Shown one piece after another: positions 24,695 through 38,100 of a stretch of 64,000 bases of DNA. Origin of the DNA: Takakia lepidozioides (Eukaryota > Plantae > Bryophyta); assembly GCA_030704615.1 (NCBI GenBank), contig CM060731.1, positions 28,024,001 through 28,088,000 on the forward strand, read 5' to 3'. A program made the translations under genes and the position numbers. Position 1 is the first letter of the stretch; every line of letters starts with the position of its first letter. Under the pieces are notes generated by a model that saw only the letters and a list, made by a program, of their open reading frames with translations, was not told the DNA's origin and did not search any database.

Positions 24695-26475
24695 CCGCAA
24701 GCATAGAACTGGACATGTACTTATCCTGTTTGTCATTCCTTATGAATCTATGCGTCTTCACGTGAATTGCATACCAGTAGTGGCTTGTGAGTTCCCATAT
24801 GAGCCAATCGACTCTACCCCCTGTCATTTTGCCTTTCCCCATCCTTAGTCTTGCCTTCAAGTTTCCATGGTATGCCTCAGTGCTAGCATTTGTGTCTTGA
24901 CTGACATGCGGAACATGACGAGCTGCTGTACACCACATTGCTATTTTAGGACGTCATTCCTTATCAATATAGTCCAGAAATTCATGCCCATTTGGATATT
25001 TCTTTCTCATGCCTCGGAGCGTGGTTGCTACCCACGCAAGACCTTCTTTGGAATCGTTTGGTCCACCTCTACAGTATATGAGGTCTCCCATATCCTTCAG
25101 CAAGTTCGCGGCAGTGAGAGGATATTTGGTTTTCGCGCACGATTGCTTCATCCAAGCCCTTCGGACATGCCAAAGGCACAAGAAAATGAGCACTCCTTGA
25201 AAAAAAGCCCTGCAAAATACACATGCAATTTCTCCTCTTGATAGAAGAAGACCGATTTCGGGTTCTGGTCTTTCCACATGCGGACACTCTCCGCATCGTT
25301 GGCATGTTTTTTGAACGTTTGCCTTGCCCGTTTCTCGGCCAGGTTGCGCACATCCTGCTCCAACAAAAAATCGTCCCGTGTCCATGCATCCCCCAAAACG
25401 GTGCTGTTCATGGCGTGCTCTTTATGGTCCATCATGATTTGGGCGACTGACAGGCCTCGACACATACACTCCATGACCCATGCTTTCAATTCCTCGCTAA
25501 TATGTGGTACATAGGCGTGGCGAGTGTTCCTGAACTCAGCAGAATTCCCATGACAGACGTTCCCTTTCGCGTCTGTATGCTCCATGTTGTTGTAGTACGT
25601 GAGAACACAAATGTCGGGGGCGAGATAACATTGCTAGACCTTGAAACAACATTGACAACCACGCTTGTAAGACTCTCCATATTCCGATTTCTTTCTCCTT
25701 GGGCCTTGAGGGTGAGATGTTCCAACACCCACAAGAGGTCCTCCACGTTTTAGTTTGGGATCCTCCACTATCGCATTGTTGGTGCGCTTGTCATCTGGAC
25801 CGTAGCAGCATTGATACCTGGACATAAAAATCACAATCGATATCCATTGACTTCTGGAAGCATGAAATCACAGTACGTGGGTATGAAAAATGGCAATAGA
25901 CATGCAATCAGACTACAAAAGGACGATGAGGATGGTGCCCACATGATACTGTTCAGAAAACTGTTGGCTCTCGGCTCTTTTAGTATGTCGGGTTGTACTT
26001 TAGTATGGACATTCACCCAAAATCGAGTGGGGTAGTCCACCAAACTGTCGTCTCCAAGGATAAAGTCATCAACTCTATCCCACGGTATGCAGGTCTTCTG
26101 AACATTCACTTGCACACCCATATAACCATATTGCGTGTCTTTCTTCCAATGGAGGTCCTTCGTGTTGAAGGGTCCTGATTTTGGTGTTTGCAAATATTGT
26201 CGAAGAGGAGTATATAATCCAGCTTCCCGTTTTCAATATATCGTCGTCTTCTGCTTCCACGTCCATGCCCTGTACAGTACAGAGGACACGCTTCAGAACC
26301 TGCAAGAAACGCGCCGCAGTACACTGCACACGATGGACAACGTACAAGGAGCATCAGTGCGCACGTTCGCGGCTGCTGACAAGTGGCAGACGGCAGGGAT
26401 AAGGTTTGAATCCATGCCCTAAAAATGAAGGGCTCAGATGGGATTTACGAATGGACGGTCCAGATGCGGCATCAT

Positions 26476-26610
26476 CAGCGGACTGCATGAAAGCGGACTC
26501 ATGGGTAGCGGACTGGCAGGGTGGACTGGCGGGGACTGCCACAGCGGACTGGCCGGCAGACTGGCGGTCTGGCGGACTGAGGGGAAGCGGACTCGTGGGT
26601 AGCGGACTGG
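26476..26610. repeat. Cluster of GCGGACT motifs upstream of the MULE-like gene (possible subterminal repeats)
   Basis: 7 exact GCGGACT copies plus variants in ~135 bp. Confidence 0.7.
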
Positions 26611-26829
26611 GGGGGGGGCTGCGGCAGGCGCGGCTAGGGGGGCCCGGGTGGGGAGCCGGGCGTCCGTGTGGGGCCCACCGATCAGCTCGAGCGTGCGGCA
26701 TAACGTCCCAACTTTGGTAAAATGAGAGGCCTTTTTTGGTGGTGCCAGCCCATTTTCATTCCGCCATATGGCGCTGGGTAGAATATACACAGGCAGCAGT
26801 GAGTCATGCTATTTTTTTATTTTTATTTA

Positions 26830-27072
26830 AAAAAAAAAAGGGAAATACCTGGGAGCGACAGCTCACAAACTTTCAGGCCCCTTAATTACAGGTGTTTCCC
26901 TTTATATTCTACTGAGAGGAGTAAATAACCTCTTTCACAAAAACCACCGCCCAAGGGAAAGGGGAGAAGAACCTACAAACACGCCACACCTAACAATGTG
27001 TAGCAGGGTTTGATCCCAGAAGCACTTGGGCGACACTCAGTGCACTATCCAACTGAGATACTGACTGATGGT
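26830..27072 (-). mobile_element. tRNA-derived SINE, degenerate
   Basis: A-box-like TATCTCAGTTGG, B-box-like GGGATCAAACCC and a T-tract tail. Similar to 32882-33087. Confidence 0.6.
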
Positions 27073-27208
27073 AAGAAAAACTGAAACTTGAAAAACGGCT
27101 AACATGCCTCTTGGTTGATATATCATTTCCTTATATAGCCCACCTGGGACCGTAGTATCTTACTTTGCTAACTTACCTAGAGACTCCGTGGTGTTTTGTT
27201 TTTTGCAA

Positions 27209-27380
27209 GGAAAAGGAAACAGGCCCCTCAATCAGACCCATTAATTATCGCCATGAGGTGCCATACACAAAAGCTCATTGGCCACTGTGGAAGGGAAAAA
27301 GGAGAAGATAATACTACACACTAGGCCACAAGATTTGAACACAGTATCACCTGAATAGTACCTATGCACTCTCCAACTAA
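27209..27380 (-). mobile_element. Older degenerate copy of the same SINE
   Basis: Shares gatttgaac…atcacct…gcactctccaact with the 32882-33087 copy. Confidence 0.4.
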
Positions 27381-27962
27381 AAGCGTGTGTCTCTTAGTTA
27401 CGTTGGCTTTTGCCGGAATCTTTTGTCACTAAAAACCAAAAAACCGGCATGTAGGCGGCTTCGCGGTAGCTTTCCAGGTGGTGGGAAGTGTGAAGCATGG
27501 CCTACCTCTGGGGTACACTAACTAACTCCTTTGAGTCAATTAATTAGGAGTAAATGGAATATATTACATAAATTCGATTTTTATAATTATAATAAACAAT
27601 GGTGGCAGGACCTGCCACGCCGACTCTGAGTAGTGTCCGCGTGGAATCTGCCGCGTGATGTTGCGAGGTGGAGCATTCCAGGAGGGGAACTGTCGTCCCG
27701 ATAGAAGCAAAGTAGACGCAGCGAGGGTTGGTTTGCGTGAGGCTCTGCGGAGCTCGGGACGCCATAGCCGCATCCCTGGCCCTGCTAAGTGACCCCGGGA
27801 TGCTGTTGCGCGCACAGCGTTGGGGGGATTTATGTTGGGGTCTGCAGATGTATGAGATTTGTTGAGTTGGAAGAACAGAGAGGCAAAGAATTACGAGTGT
27901 AGAAGAGGGGGGGGAGCGGCTGGAGGAAGGTGAAGGTGAAGGCAGGGTTTGGTTGGCAGGCC

Positions 27963-30900
27963 ATGGCCGCCATTGGTAGCCTTCACTTTATACCCCCTTC
28001 GCAAACAGTTGCCTCTGACAGTTCAATTTCTCCTGGAGTCCCTCCCTCTGATCGGAATTCTTGCTTTCGACATTTGTTTTCCCTTCGCTCTCGCGTCCAT
28101 CCTCTTTCTTCGATCAAGAGTGTGAAAATTTGGGCGCAGAGGAGTTGTTCCAGCAGTACACGTCGTTGCAGCAGCCATAGCCATGGTGGGAGGAGCTTTT
28201 TGAAGGGGGAGCAGAACGTGTTTTTAATGCTTCAGAGGTTGGTGTGCATATGTAAGAGAGAGAGGCGACGACAGAGGAAGGTGTGCAGTTTCTGCGACAA
28301 AGGCTCAGAAAATGTCGATGCTCAGGTCAGTTGTGTCAGGTAGTTGTGAAATGGCAGGCAGATGATTGCGTGTTGAAGCGGTTTCGCACAAGAGAGTGTG
28401 TTTGTGGGAAATTTGAGAAAGGGGACAGTCGCTCGCTACTATGTGGTCCATTTGTTCCGAGCAATTTGGCCTTCACAGTGGAGTGTCTTCTATCGTAGAG
28501 TGATTAAACCAGTCAGGATCACTGTACATACACAAGGACATGCGGGAGATATAGGAGGGAGCGAGTGATTTTCTCTCTTTAAAAACAATTAAAATTAAGA
28601 TTAAAATTACACCGCATTATCATCGGCTGCATGTTGGACTAAATATAGCCCTGTGAAGCTTCAAGCAAGGGACAAGTATAGTCGTGTAAGTGGCCTTATG
28701 AGTGCAGGGTTTTCCTTTTTAAGAAGTCCCTGTACTTTGATGTTCCTTGGAATGGGACTTCCTTATCGAATTGGGTCGTTACTGGTTTTAATTCTGGCCC
28801 AGACATCAGTTTAACTGGCGTGTCATTATTCTTGCGCATATGACTTAGCAGTATCAGAACTTAAGAGTTAAAGGGTAACTTATACTTGATTGGACTGTTA
28901 GCGGAAGAAAGTTGTTGTACTCTTAAAATCGCATCTGGGTGGTGAAGATGAATTTTGATAAGAGGCTGAGGTATCTTGAGACTCTCAAACTCACAACTTT
29001 AGGTGCGGTGCATGGACTAGGGTATGTGAGGCGTCGTAGTCAAGGGGTAATTTTACTCACCGATGAGCTATATGATTTTCTCAAAATTTCTCTTTGGAAA
29101 GCCGGGCTGTGTTGATAGTTAGTATGATTGCAAAACAAAATTGATTAAATGAAGAAATAGTTGAGTGAAGTAGTACACCTGCTACTTGAAAGGGCTCCAT
29201 ATTCAGGAAGATAATTTTCCAAGCAGCTGTTGATTGCTGCTTGTTCTGTCCTCAGGCTTATTTGTCTCTTACAAGGTGTACTAATGAATGAGTAAAGCAA
29301 GAAAATTTGGCTTTACGCATTCCAGAGCTGGGATCATACACAAAATTGCTGGTGTTTTGAAGCCTGCTAGAACCATGCCTGTTTGGTGACGAAGGCCAGT
29401 TGAAGCTTTGGTGCCTACTCACCCTTTGATATGCTGAGCCCTTACTGGGAGATAATCACAAATCTGAACATGGCGTTATTGTTCTCACTAAACACGTGGG
29501 ATGTTCTTCATCCTCTTTCTTTTATAGTTCTATGGCCCAACACTACGGCAAACATCTTATGAATATAGTCTCTCTCGTAGTAGCAAACCATCAATGTTCT
29601 TACAGGGGCCAGTACATAGGGTGAATTTTTACCACACTAAAATATGGGAGTTGTTGAGTGGAGACAGGTTACATGTTTGAAATTGTTATGTAGCTCTTGA
29701 CAACAAATTTCAAATGGAGATTGTGGTATTGTACAAGGTTGGCAGGTTGACTTCTCAGGCATTGTGGGGGACGATTTCCTTGAGCAGTTAGGGTTAGTGA
29801 AGGGTACAAGGAAGGTGGTGAATCACGAGGAGAGGGGCAATGTGCTGCGGGCGTTAGATGGGCGGAGCTATAAGCTTTCTGCTGGGGGCTCGCTTTCAAA
29901 CACTCTTGTGGCACTTGCCAGGCTAGGTGTTAGGAACAGCCGGAGCCCATCTCTGGATGTGGCTATGACTGGCAGTGTTGGGAGTGACCCATTGGGTGAT
30001 TTTTACAGGTAAATTTGTCGTCTTGCTCTCCTTAGTGTGGCTCTTTGCTGTATTATTCTGTACTGACTGTCGTACTACCATCAGTGCTTTTGGGGATGCC
30101 ATTTATTTTCATATGCCAGATTGAGATCTGTCACATGTACAGAATAATTAGTTTGAGATTGTTGGAGATTTCAACTTGGCAGATGACGCTCAGGTCTCTC
30201 GAGATCTCAGCTTGGGTATGGTCTTGCAGGACAAAACTGCTGAGGGCAAATGTTCATTTCCTATCACAGCCAATTTTGGATGGTACTACTGGCACAGTTA
30301 TTGTACTCACCACGCCAGATGCTCAGCGCACCATGCTCTCTTACCAGGTGAGGCTCTGTATTGTGTGTCTGGATATTCTTGGGAATATAGCTGGGAGATG
30401 AGTGCTATTAGAAATTACATAACATTGGTGGAAGAATTTCAGTTTATCATTTGCTCCTGGGTTGGGGCTACTCCATATGCAAGGGCATCTTTAAAAGAGT
30501 GCATCAACTCTGCAAGGATTTGTTCCCACACTGGGGACCTCGGTTCCTGTGTGTTAAGCTGCTATTCAGCCTCTGCAATATCAGAATTTCCAAGTTTTTG
30601 GTCTGTCTATTTCTGTCTTCTCTTCATCTCGATGATGTACGCCTTTCAGCTCTAGACCCTTGGCAGGCTGTAATTCAACTTCCATTTCAAATGATAAGAG
30701 ATGAACAAAGCTGCAATTTCTTTAAGCGTTGATAGATTGTCTATGTCTATGGATAATGGAGAAATGAGAATCCAATGTGCAGATTTGAGCTCATATTCGA
30801 AGTATAATAACACCAGCTCATGTTGTCAGGGGATGTCATCAGTTGTGAACTTCGACCCAAACTTGGCTGGTGCTATAGCCAAGTCTAAAGTCCTGGTCGT

Positions 30901-31814
30901 AGAGGGCTATCTTTGGGAAATTCCTCAGACCATACAAGCCATAGCCCAAGCTTGTGAAGCTGCTCGTCGTCAAGGGGTACTGGTGGCCCTCACCGCCAGC
31001 GATGTCTCTTGTGTCACTCGTCATCGTCAACAGTTCTGGTATGTCGTAGTCTAATCTCTTATCTGTACAGTGTCTCATTTTTTGAAGTGACAGTATCTTG
31101 CTAGTTAGATGTAGGGTGATTCGTTGAACGAGTTTGTGTCTGAACTCACCGCAGTCATGCAATTTTGTGGCATGGACACTTATGCATGAGTTTCTTGAAG
31201 ATATTTTGCTCTGGATTCTATGGGACTCTAGTGACCTGTAAGTGGTACTCTGAATTTTCTGTCCATTCCTAAAGTTTAAAACTGATTCTTCTATTCCTCT
31301 ATGTTTTCAAGTTTGTATTTTTTGTTTTCCTGACAGGGATGTGATGCGTGAGAGCTCAGACATCCTCTTCACAAACAGTGATGAAGCAAGTGCTCTTTGT
31401 GGCTTCAGTGAGAGCACTAGCCCAGCGTCGGCGGCAAAACACTTGAGCCAATTTTGCCCACTAGTCTCTGTGACTGATGGAGCCCGGGGATCATTTATTG
31501 GCCTCAAAGGAGAAATTGTGTATATCCCACCTGCACCATGTGTTGCTGTGGATACATGCGGGGCGGGTGATGCATATGCTGCAGGTATACTATTCGGCTT
31601 GCTTCGAGGGGTTCCGGATATTAAAGGAATGGGAAATTTGGCTGCTAGGGTAGCTGCCATTGTGGTTGGCCAACAAGGCACACGACTGAGGGAGGAAGAT
31701 GCTTGGGAGTTGGCTGAATCAGTCACTTGTGCTTCGTCTCATTTCGAAAACCGCATTTTGGATCTGATGGGCGTGAACCTCAATGCTGAATCAGAGAGTA
31801 TCTCTAATGTCTGA
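27963..31814 (+). CDS. NARA5: Plastid pfkB-family carbohydrate kinase, NARA5-like (exons ~27963-28325?, 29746-30008, 30230-30347, 30830-31038, 31337-31814)
   Basis: VDFSGIV…AGGSLSNTLVALARLG; GTTGTVIVLTTPDAQRTM; VVEGYL; pfkB signature DTCGAGDAYAAG. GT-AG junctions are in phase. The first exon is Ser/Arg-rich and transit-peptide-like but uncertain. Confidence 0.85.
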
Positions 31815-32199
31815 TCAAAAGAAAGTAGGAGGAAGAGATGATGGAAGTTACACGGGACAAATTGATTGAGGAATGATACCATTTGTCCAGAATGGATAAA
31901 TCTTTCAAATGTGCCTGGGTCGCGGCCCAAAACCACAAGTGACTTTGATTCAGTATTATGGTGGATCATCAAAATTGGTAGGTGCTAGATCGACCAACAA
32001 TTCTATGATGGACATTTAAGATTTATCAGCCACATTGCTTAATGTTATAGATGCAGATGCAGATAGCACATTGGCAACCTCTGTGGGACAGTGTCACATG
32101 AAGGCCTAGTCCATTTGTCTCACTTGAACAACAACATTTATTTTGTGTTCCCAGGGCACAAAGGGAATTACAGTTGGAGTCATTTCTTTGATCTCTTTG

Positions 32200-35100
32200 C
32201 AAAAATGTTGAAGTTCTAGACACCCGCTTTTGAGTTCCTGTATGAGAAAGAGAAACTTAAGAGTTAAATTGCCCAGTTCATTTAGGGAGCACCAAAATAT
32301 TGTGTCAGCCTAACTAAGGAGATGAACGTGAGGACTAAATTTCATGAATGGATTCATTTCCTATATGTTTTCAGCTTCCAAGTGCTTGTTCTGTCTTGGA
32401 CAAAAACATACTAGTCACTCCCATGCCTATCCCTAGTGCTTAAGATCATGCTGAAGCTGAGTGTTCTCACAAGCTTTCATGTCCAGGGATAAGTTCACAA
32501 GGAACAGGCATACAGCTCCACACACAGCCTAGAATGTGTCTTAGAGAGTGATTATGCTCTGCTACCAAACATTGTGCATGTTCAATTTTAAAACCCAAGA
32601 AACCACCCAATGTGCCAAGTAGAACCTGCCATTCCACACAAATCCGAACAGTTGCCAAGCAAACCGTGTGATCTGTTCACTCTGAGCAAACTCAGACTTT
32701 GCACACAGTCTCTCCACTTTCAACTCTATTTTCCATCCCCGGAATTTATTCAAAATATTGCAATCACCACAAAAATATACTGAGTGCATCACCGATTACA
32801 ATACATCTGTTGCAATTCCATCCAGATTCATTTATTTCAATACCTCCCATCTTCCAGGCTTCCATTTTTGTTTGATTTTAAGAAGAGAAACACCCGGGAG
32901 CAACCGCTCACAAATCAGGCCAGGCTTAATGAACCTTGCCATGACGCACCGAGCAGAAGGCTCATGGGAAACCCCCACACAAGGGAAGGAAGAAGAGTAT
33001 ACCACACCCAACAAGGTAGGAGGATTTGAACCCCGAATCACCTAGGTGGCACTCAACGCACTATCCAGCTGAGCTACCGACTGGTGGTCTTATTCTCCTC
33101 ATGATCTTCCAAAAATTGTAATATATGAAATGATAGAACAGAAGAACTCAATGAAACCAAACAGGTCCCAATGGAAAACTACATTTACACAGAAAATAAT
33201 AACCTCACAAGGGGAAAAAACACTCACCCTCCCAATTGCTTGACCCTTCTTCACCCATACACCACCACTCTCCTCTCTCATCAACTGCACTCCCCACACC
33301 ATAGAATGGCCCACAAGCTACTAAACCATACACTCTTAAATGCTGGAGAAATTGAGTTAATTACTCAAATTAGGACAGTATGGTGGGTTGATACAAAAGG
33401 CTTGCATATCCTACCAGAAAGCATGATATCCTATCCAGCATCTTAGTGTAGCCGTGTGTTTGGCCACCCCACTGGCAGGTGTGTGGTGAGGAAGGGAGAG
33501 AAAGAGAAGAAACGGAGTCAGATACAACGGTGACCAGAATCTCATCTGAAACATGCAGTTTGTTGCAATCCAAAAATAAGCTATGCACAAATGTCCTTGT
33601 GAACTGAGATTGGTAGAAAATCGAATTGGTAGCCCATCAATAATGTTCAAATTGGCACCTGAATGCGTCGGGCCAACACAAAAAGGCCTCTCCCTTCTTT
33701 GCACAGAATAGAATGTGCCAGCCGGCAACGGAACAGTTCCATCAAGCTTCCAAGTATATCCTTCCTGTATTTGGAGATTAACTTTTATGAAAATCATCAT
33801 TGTGTGAAGTCAAAGTTGTCCTGTTTATTGAATTGGCGAGAAAGCTCACCCGATTAGAGCTTTCATCATCTTCTACGTAAAACATTCCAAGACCTTGGCA
33901 CAGTCCCACGATGAATCCCCATAGACCAATTCCTTCATGTTATACCACCAGAAATTGATTCAAAAAACAAGGTCCATAGTATATGTGTTTGGAACAAAGG
34001 CTTTTGCCAATCATTGAAGGGACTTCTTAAACTGGTCACATCCTTTTTCAGAACAAGTTTTCTGGAATAAACTGAACCTGGTGGGCTAGTGTAATGGTAC
34101 CTTGTAGATGGGCTGGGAAGAAGAGAGTTAGCAACCATGGTTTCCAAATGACAGTGAAACAGAGTAGCACGAAGTGTATGCATCAACCGAGCGATTGCAA
34201 CCACTTCCTGCACCCCACAGACATTGTCCCCAAAAATCCTGTCACCTCTCCTTTTCAGGTTGATTTATGGTTTGCTTATCAACTATGATACACATGACTG
34301 CCACTTCTATTCCAACAATGTACGTGATTCTCTATGTTGGAAAACCACTGGCGTGTGGTCGGGCTAGGGATTGAACCTAGGACCTTCCCCATTCCGGTGG
34401 GGTGCTCTACCACTGAGCTACCCGTCCCATTCTGTTCTTCTGTTCTTAAAGTGCCGTGCAAGGGCTATAACCTTGACACTCCAACACTCCCCCTCAAGGC
34501 ATAGCCCTTATAGCTGATGCCCACCCATTCTGACCACCGCCCCAACCTTGGCTCTGATACCATGTTGGAAAACCACTGGCGTGTGGTCGGGCTAGGGATT
34601 GAACCTAGGACCTCCCCCATTCCGGTGGGGGGTGCTCTACCACTGAGCTACCCGTCCCGTTCTGTTCTTAAAGTGCCGTGCAAGGGCTATAACCTTGACA
34701 CTCCAACACTCTATCTTTTTGAAAGACACCTTTCCACAAAGCTCTGCCGTCATCATGCCTCCATGAATGTTTCAACTATGCAATGATGAACATGAATCAA
34801 TAAGTTCATACCCCAATCACCCAATGCAAGACACTAGAAGGCAGCATTACAAATTGAGGTGTATCTGTTTATGAAGATCGATTACCTCTGGTTTGGAGTA
34901 GAGGGTGACTTCTGTCTGCAGATGCAATGGAGCCAGCACTAGAGGATCTTTTTCCGTGAGGTCTGCCTGCTTTAAGGCCCTAACTATTTCCCCTGGAGGT
35001 ACAAACCACAGAAATATGGGAATCACCAGCCACCAGGACTCTCTGAACAGATGGGCCTATGAGACAGGGTTGCAGATGGAGAGGAAGACAAGGAGAAGAG

Positions 35101-38100
35101 GATTGAGGGAGACAGAGATCAGCTCCAAACATTCTATCACCCTGCCCTAAATGATAGATGGATTTGCCAAAACAGGTCTCACTTTAGGTAAACCAACCTA
35201 GAAATGACCAGCTATCATCAGGGAGCCAAGAATCATTGAAGTATCCATGGGTGTTGCCGCAGACCACATTGTGGAATCCGACTGGAGTTGGAACCTGAAA
35301 GGAAAATCAATGGTAGGGATCACTACAATTTACACATCAACAGAATGGTGGCGGAGCTGCCGATGCAAACTTGATACTTTGAACTCCAAGGCCAAAGTGG
35401 AACCATATCTTACCTGGATTCTGGGCTGGGACAGGGAGAGGCAAAGCAGTGCATGCATACATGTGTCGCGGCGCTCCGCAATCAGACCGCCTGTTTCAGA
35501 CACTTCTTGTGAAGGAGAGGGTAGAATCACTGAGATATACCGGGGTATTTCATTAAAGAGGATGGAAGTTTAGATGGGCACCCATGTGTGTGGCAGGTCT
35601 GAGGGCAGTACATCCATGACGTCCCTTTCTTGGTGATTTCATCAGAAGTTAAACTAAGATTAGAAGGCATACTCTTTGTATTGTGCTTGGGGTTTTCTTG
35701 GTAGGATATGGTTATTTCAAAAGGACACAGAGCACAAGAATCTCTTTTAATTGTAATGCTAGAACTCTTGCAATTTCGGATGGCTAAATGTGAGGAAACA
35801 ATCCTAATCACTATATAACCCAACATGGAGGAAATTTTTACCTGGAATAAAGTACACACCCTGAATAGAAAATGCCCCAACAGTTGATGGAATTGGTTTA
35901 TCTGTTTACCAGGTGCGACACGAAGAAGCGAGTTCAAATGCAAGCTTCCAGTAGACTGCGCCAATAGTTTCATAAGCTTTTGCAGGCTCTGGATGTTGTT
36001 CCATGTCTCTTTCTGTCGCAGCATCACTGATCGCGCATTCCATGTTTCATTTGAGCCACATACAACCTGATTTAATTGAAGAAAAGAGAGTTTAGAGGGA
36101 TAAAGAAACCTGAGGTCCCGGAGAGAGAGAGAAAGAGAGAGTGGGAAAAAGAATAACATCACAGAGACTTAGACTGCGAGGACCCATGGGACAACGCAGA
36201 GCAACAAGGACCACTTGAAACACTAAAAAATGAAGGTTAGCTGCCAGACACTTCAGGTCCTCAAAGCTGAAAGCCTCTGCCAAAGACTAGGAATCTTGAA
36301 AGAGACTAAAGTACCTGCCTTGGGGCTTATAGCATGCAGGACAAGAGACAAAGAAATGGTACTCTGGCAAAGGAGAAAAATAGGAACAGCGCACCTCAGG
36401 CCCAGCAAAAAGCTCCTGGGGAAAGTAGAATCCTACTACTCAACTTCAAGTGCACTTGGGGGGGGGGGGGAAAGAGAAGTGAAATATAACATCCAGCCAT
36501 TTACCAACCAAGTGAGATGCTGAAAGCAAGAAAAGACTACGGAAACAAATGAAATAAAATGAAATGGAACTTTATAACATCCGCAGAAAGCTCAAGAGCT
36601 TAAGAGACAAAAGAAAAACAAGAAACAAGAAAGAGAATAAAAGACAGTGAAGTCAAAAGCAGCCCAAAAGCAACTACTGCTCAGTGCAAGGGTGTGGATG
36701 TTTTCCCGCCCACCACACTATGATATTCCGTTAGCGCGCTGGGTCAGGGTAGGGTGGGGATGCTCTAAGAGCATCTCCACGGTGTCACTCTAGCTTGGCG
36801 GGGTCCTAAAAAGGCTGCGAGGTTGCTCCAAGGTCAGTGCCTCAGCCCGGTAGATTTGTTAGGGGTCAAAGCTTCGTGCAGATAAGCTGCCAAGCATTTC
36901 TGATCCTCATAATGAAAGACTTCTGTGAGAGATTGGGTCTCACGGAACGACAGTGGAATCTCCCATGGATCTCATAGTAAAGAGGGCAGTAAAAGAAGAA
37001 GTGTTCTTCAGTTTCGATACAACAGTTGGGCCCAGTGCATGCTGGGCATAGGCGGTCTTCTTGCTGCAAGTTTTCCACCTACCAGTCTCTATCCGTAAAT
37101 TGTGGGAGCCCACCCTGAATAGCCCCAATGCCCTCAGAAGAGAGGGAGATAAAGGTGCAGATAAGTAATTAAGCCGCAAGATTCCATGATCATGGAGAAG
37201 TAAGAATGTCCCTCGGTAGAAATGGAGTTTTCTTGTTAGTGTGCTCGGCATCCATGTTCGCGGTTCTCTTCTGATGAGTCTGTTGCGATCCTGCAAGATT
37301 TACAGTGCAGTTGATTAACTATGTTGTCACCTTGCACGGACTATCTTGGGGATGCTTGCATTGACAGGGGGCACCCCTTTCTGCTTTTTTGGCGAAGTTG
37401 GGACCTTCAATGTAATTATTACCTTTGTGGATTCACGCCCAAAGTCAAATTCTCAAAGCCAGACTTGCACACTTGTGGATGGGTTATCATTAACTGTGCT
37501 CACTTAACCTGTGGAAGAGAGTCCGCTGGGGAACCGATATGCCACAAGCACGATAAGAATCTTGCCCTAGCCAATCCCTGGCCCTCCTTATCAAATGAAA
37601 GATCTCCCTGAAAGACCAGAGTGTTGCCCTGTTCAATCGAGAGATTATCGAATCTGTGAGTTGCCATGTCAGAACTACTCTTTGTAGTATGAAACCAGGT
37701 CAACAGTTGTCGAAATGAGTCCGGGAAACTCAGGGGATGTCTTGGATGCTGTTTCTTTTCTGAGGTCCCCTTCTCTTCAAGCTGAGGTTGTGGTGAGTGA
37801 CCATTTCCACCCCGGATGGCAAAAGTATTCCCACCTGCAGCTGAGAAAGGCTTCCCTTCATTCTTCCCAGATTGCTCAGGGGATTGAGCCACAATCTGGT
37901 CTTCTATCACCTCTGGAATTTCAACATGTATATTTGTCTGAATCAGCTCTACTTAATTGCTTATATGCTCTTACCAAAGACTTCTCAATACATTTTTGAG
38001 TCGTGACTTGATATGCCACTCTTCTGAAATCCAAAAACTAAGACAGCATCCCAGCAGACTCAGCCTGAATTTTCCATAGTGCTCTCTCTCTCTCTCTCTT

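Larger units (their letters stand above)
16644..26266 (-). pseudogene. MULE-related SWIM zinc-finger transposase-like gene, interrupted by the chromovirus and internally deleted
   Basis: IPWDRVDDFILG; TRDDFLLEQDVRN; HANDAESVRMW…FFYQE; LCLWHVRRAW; QDTNASTEAYHGNLK…RVDWLIWEL. After the LTR insertion the frame resumes ARDI…CTCPWAMKGNLCKH (SWIM). Confidence 0.85.

Noticed and set aside
26797-26801. CAGTG as the right CACTA/G terminus
   Set aside because: A 5-mer only, with no matching left TIR or 3-bp TSD visible in the window.
28850-28892. U2 snRNA-like fragment on the minus strand
   Set aside because: Only two short word matches, with no branch-site pairing region or Sm site.
34330-34334. Shared CTCTA target preference of the TRIM and the DNMT-Gypsy
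   Set aside because: Two sites only; may be chance.
34355-34660. Two tRNA genes
   Set aside because: The anticodon loop is non-canonical and both copies lie within TRIM LTRs bounded by a TSD.
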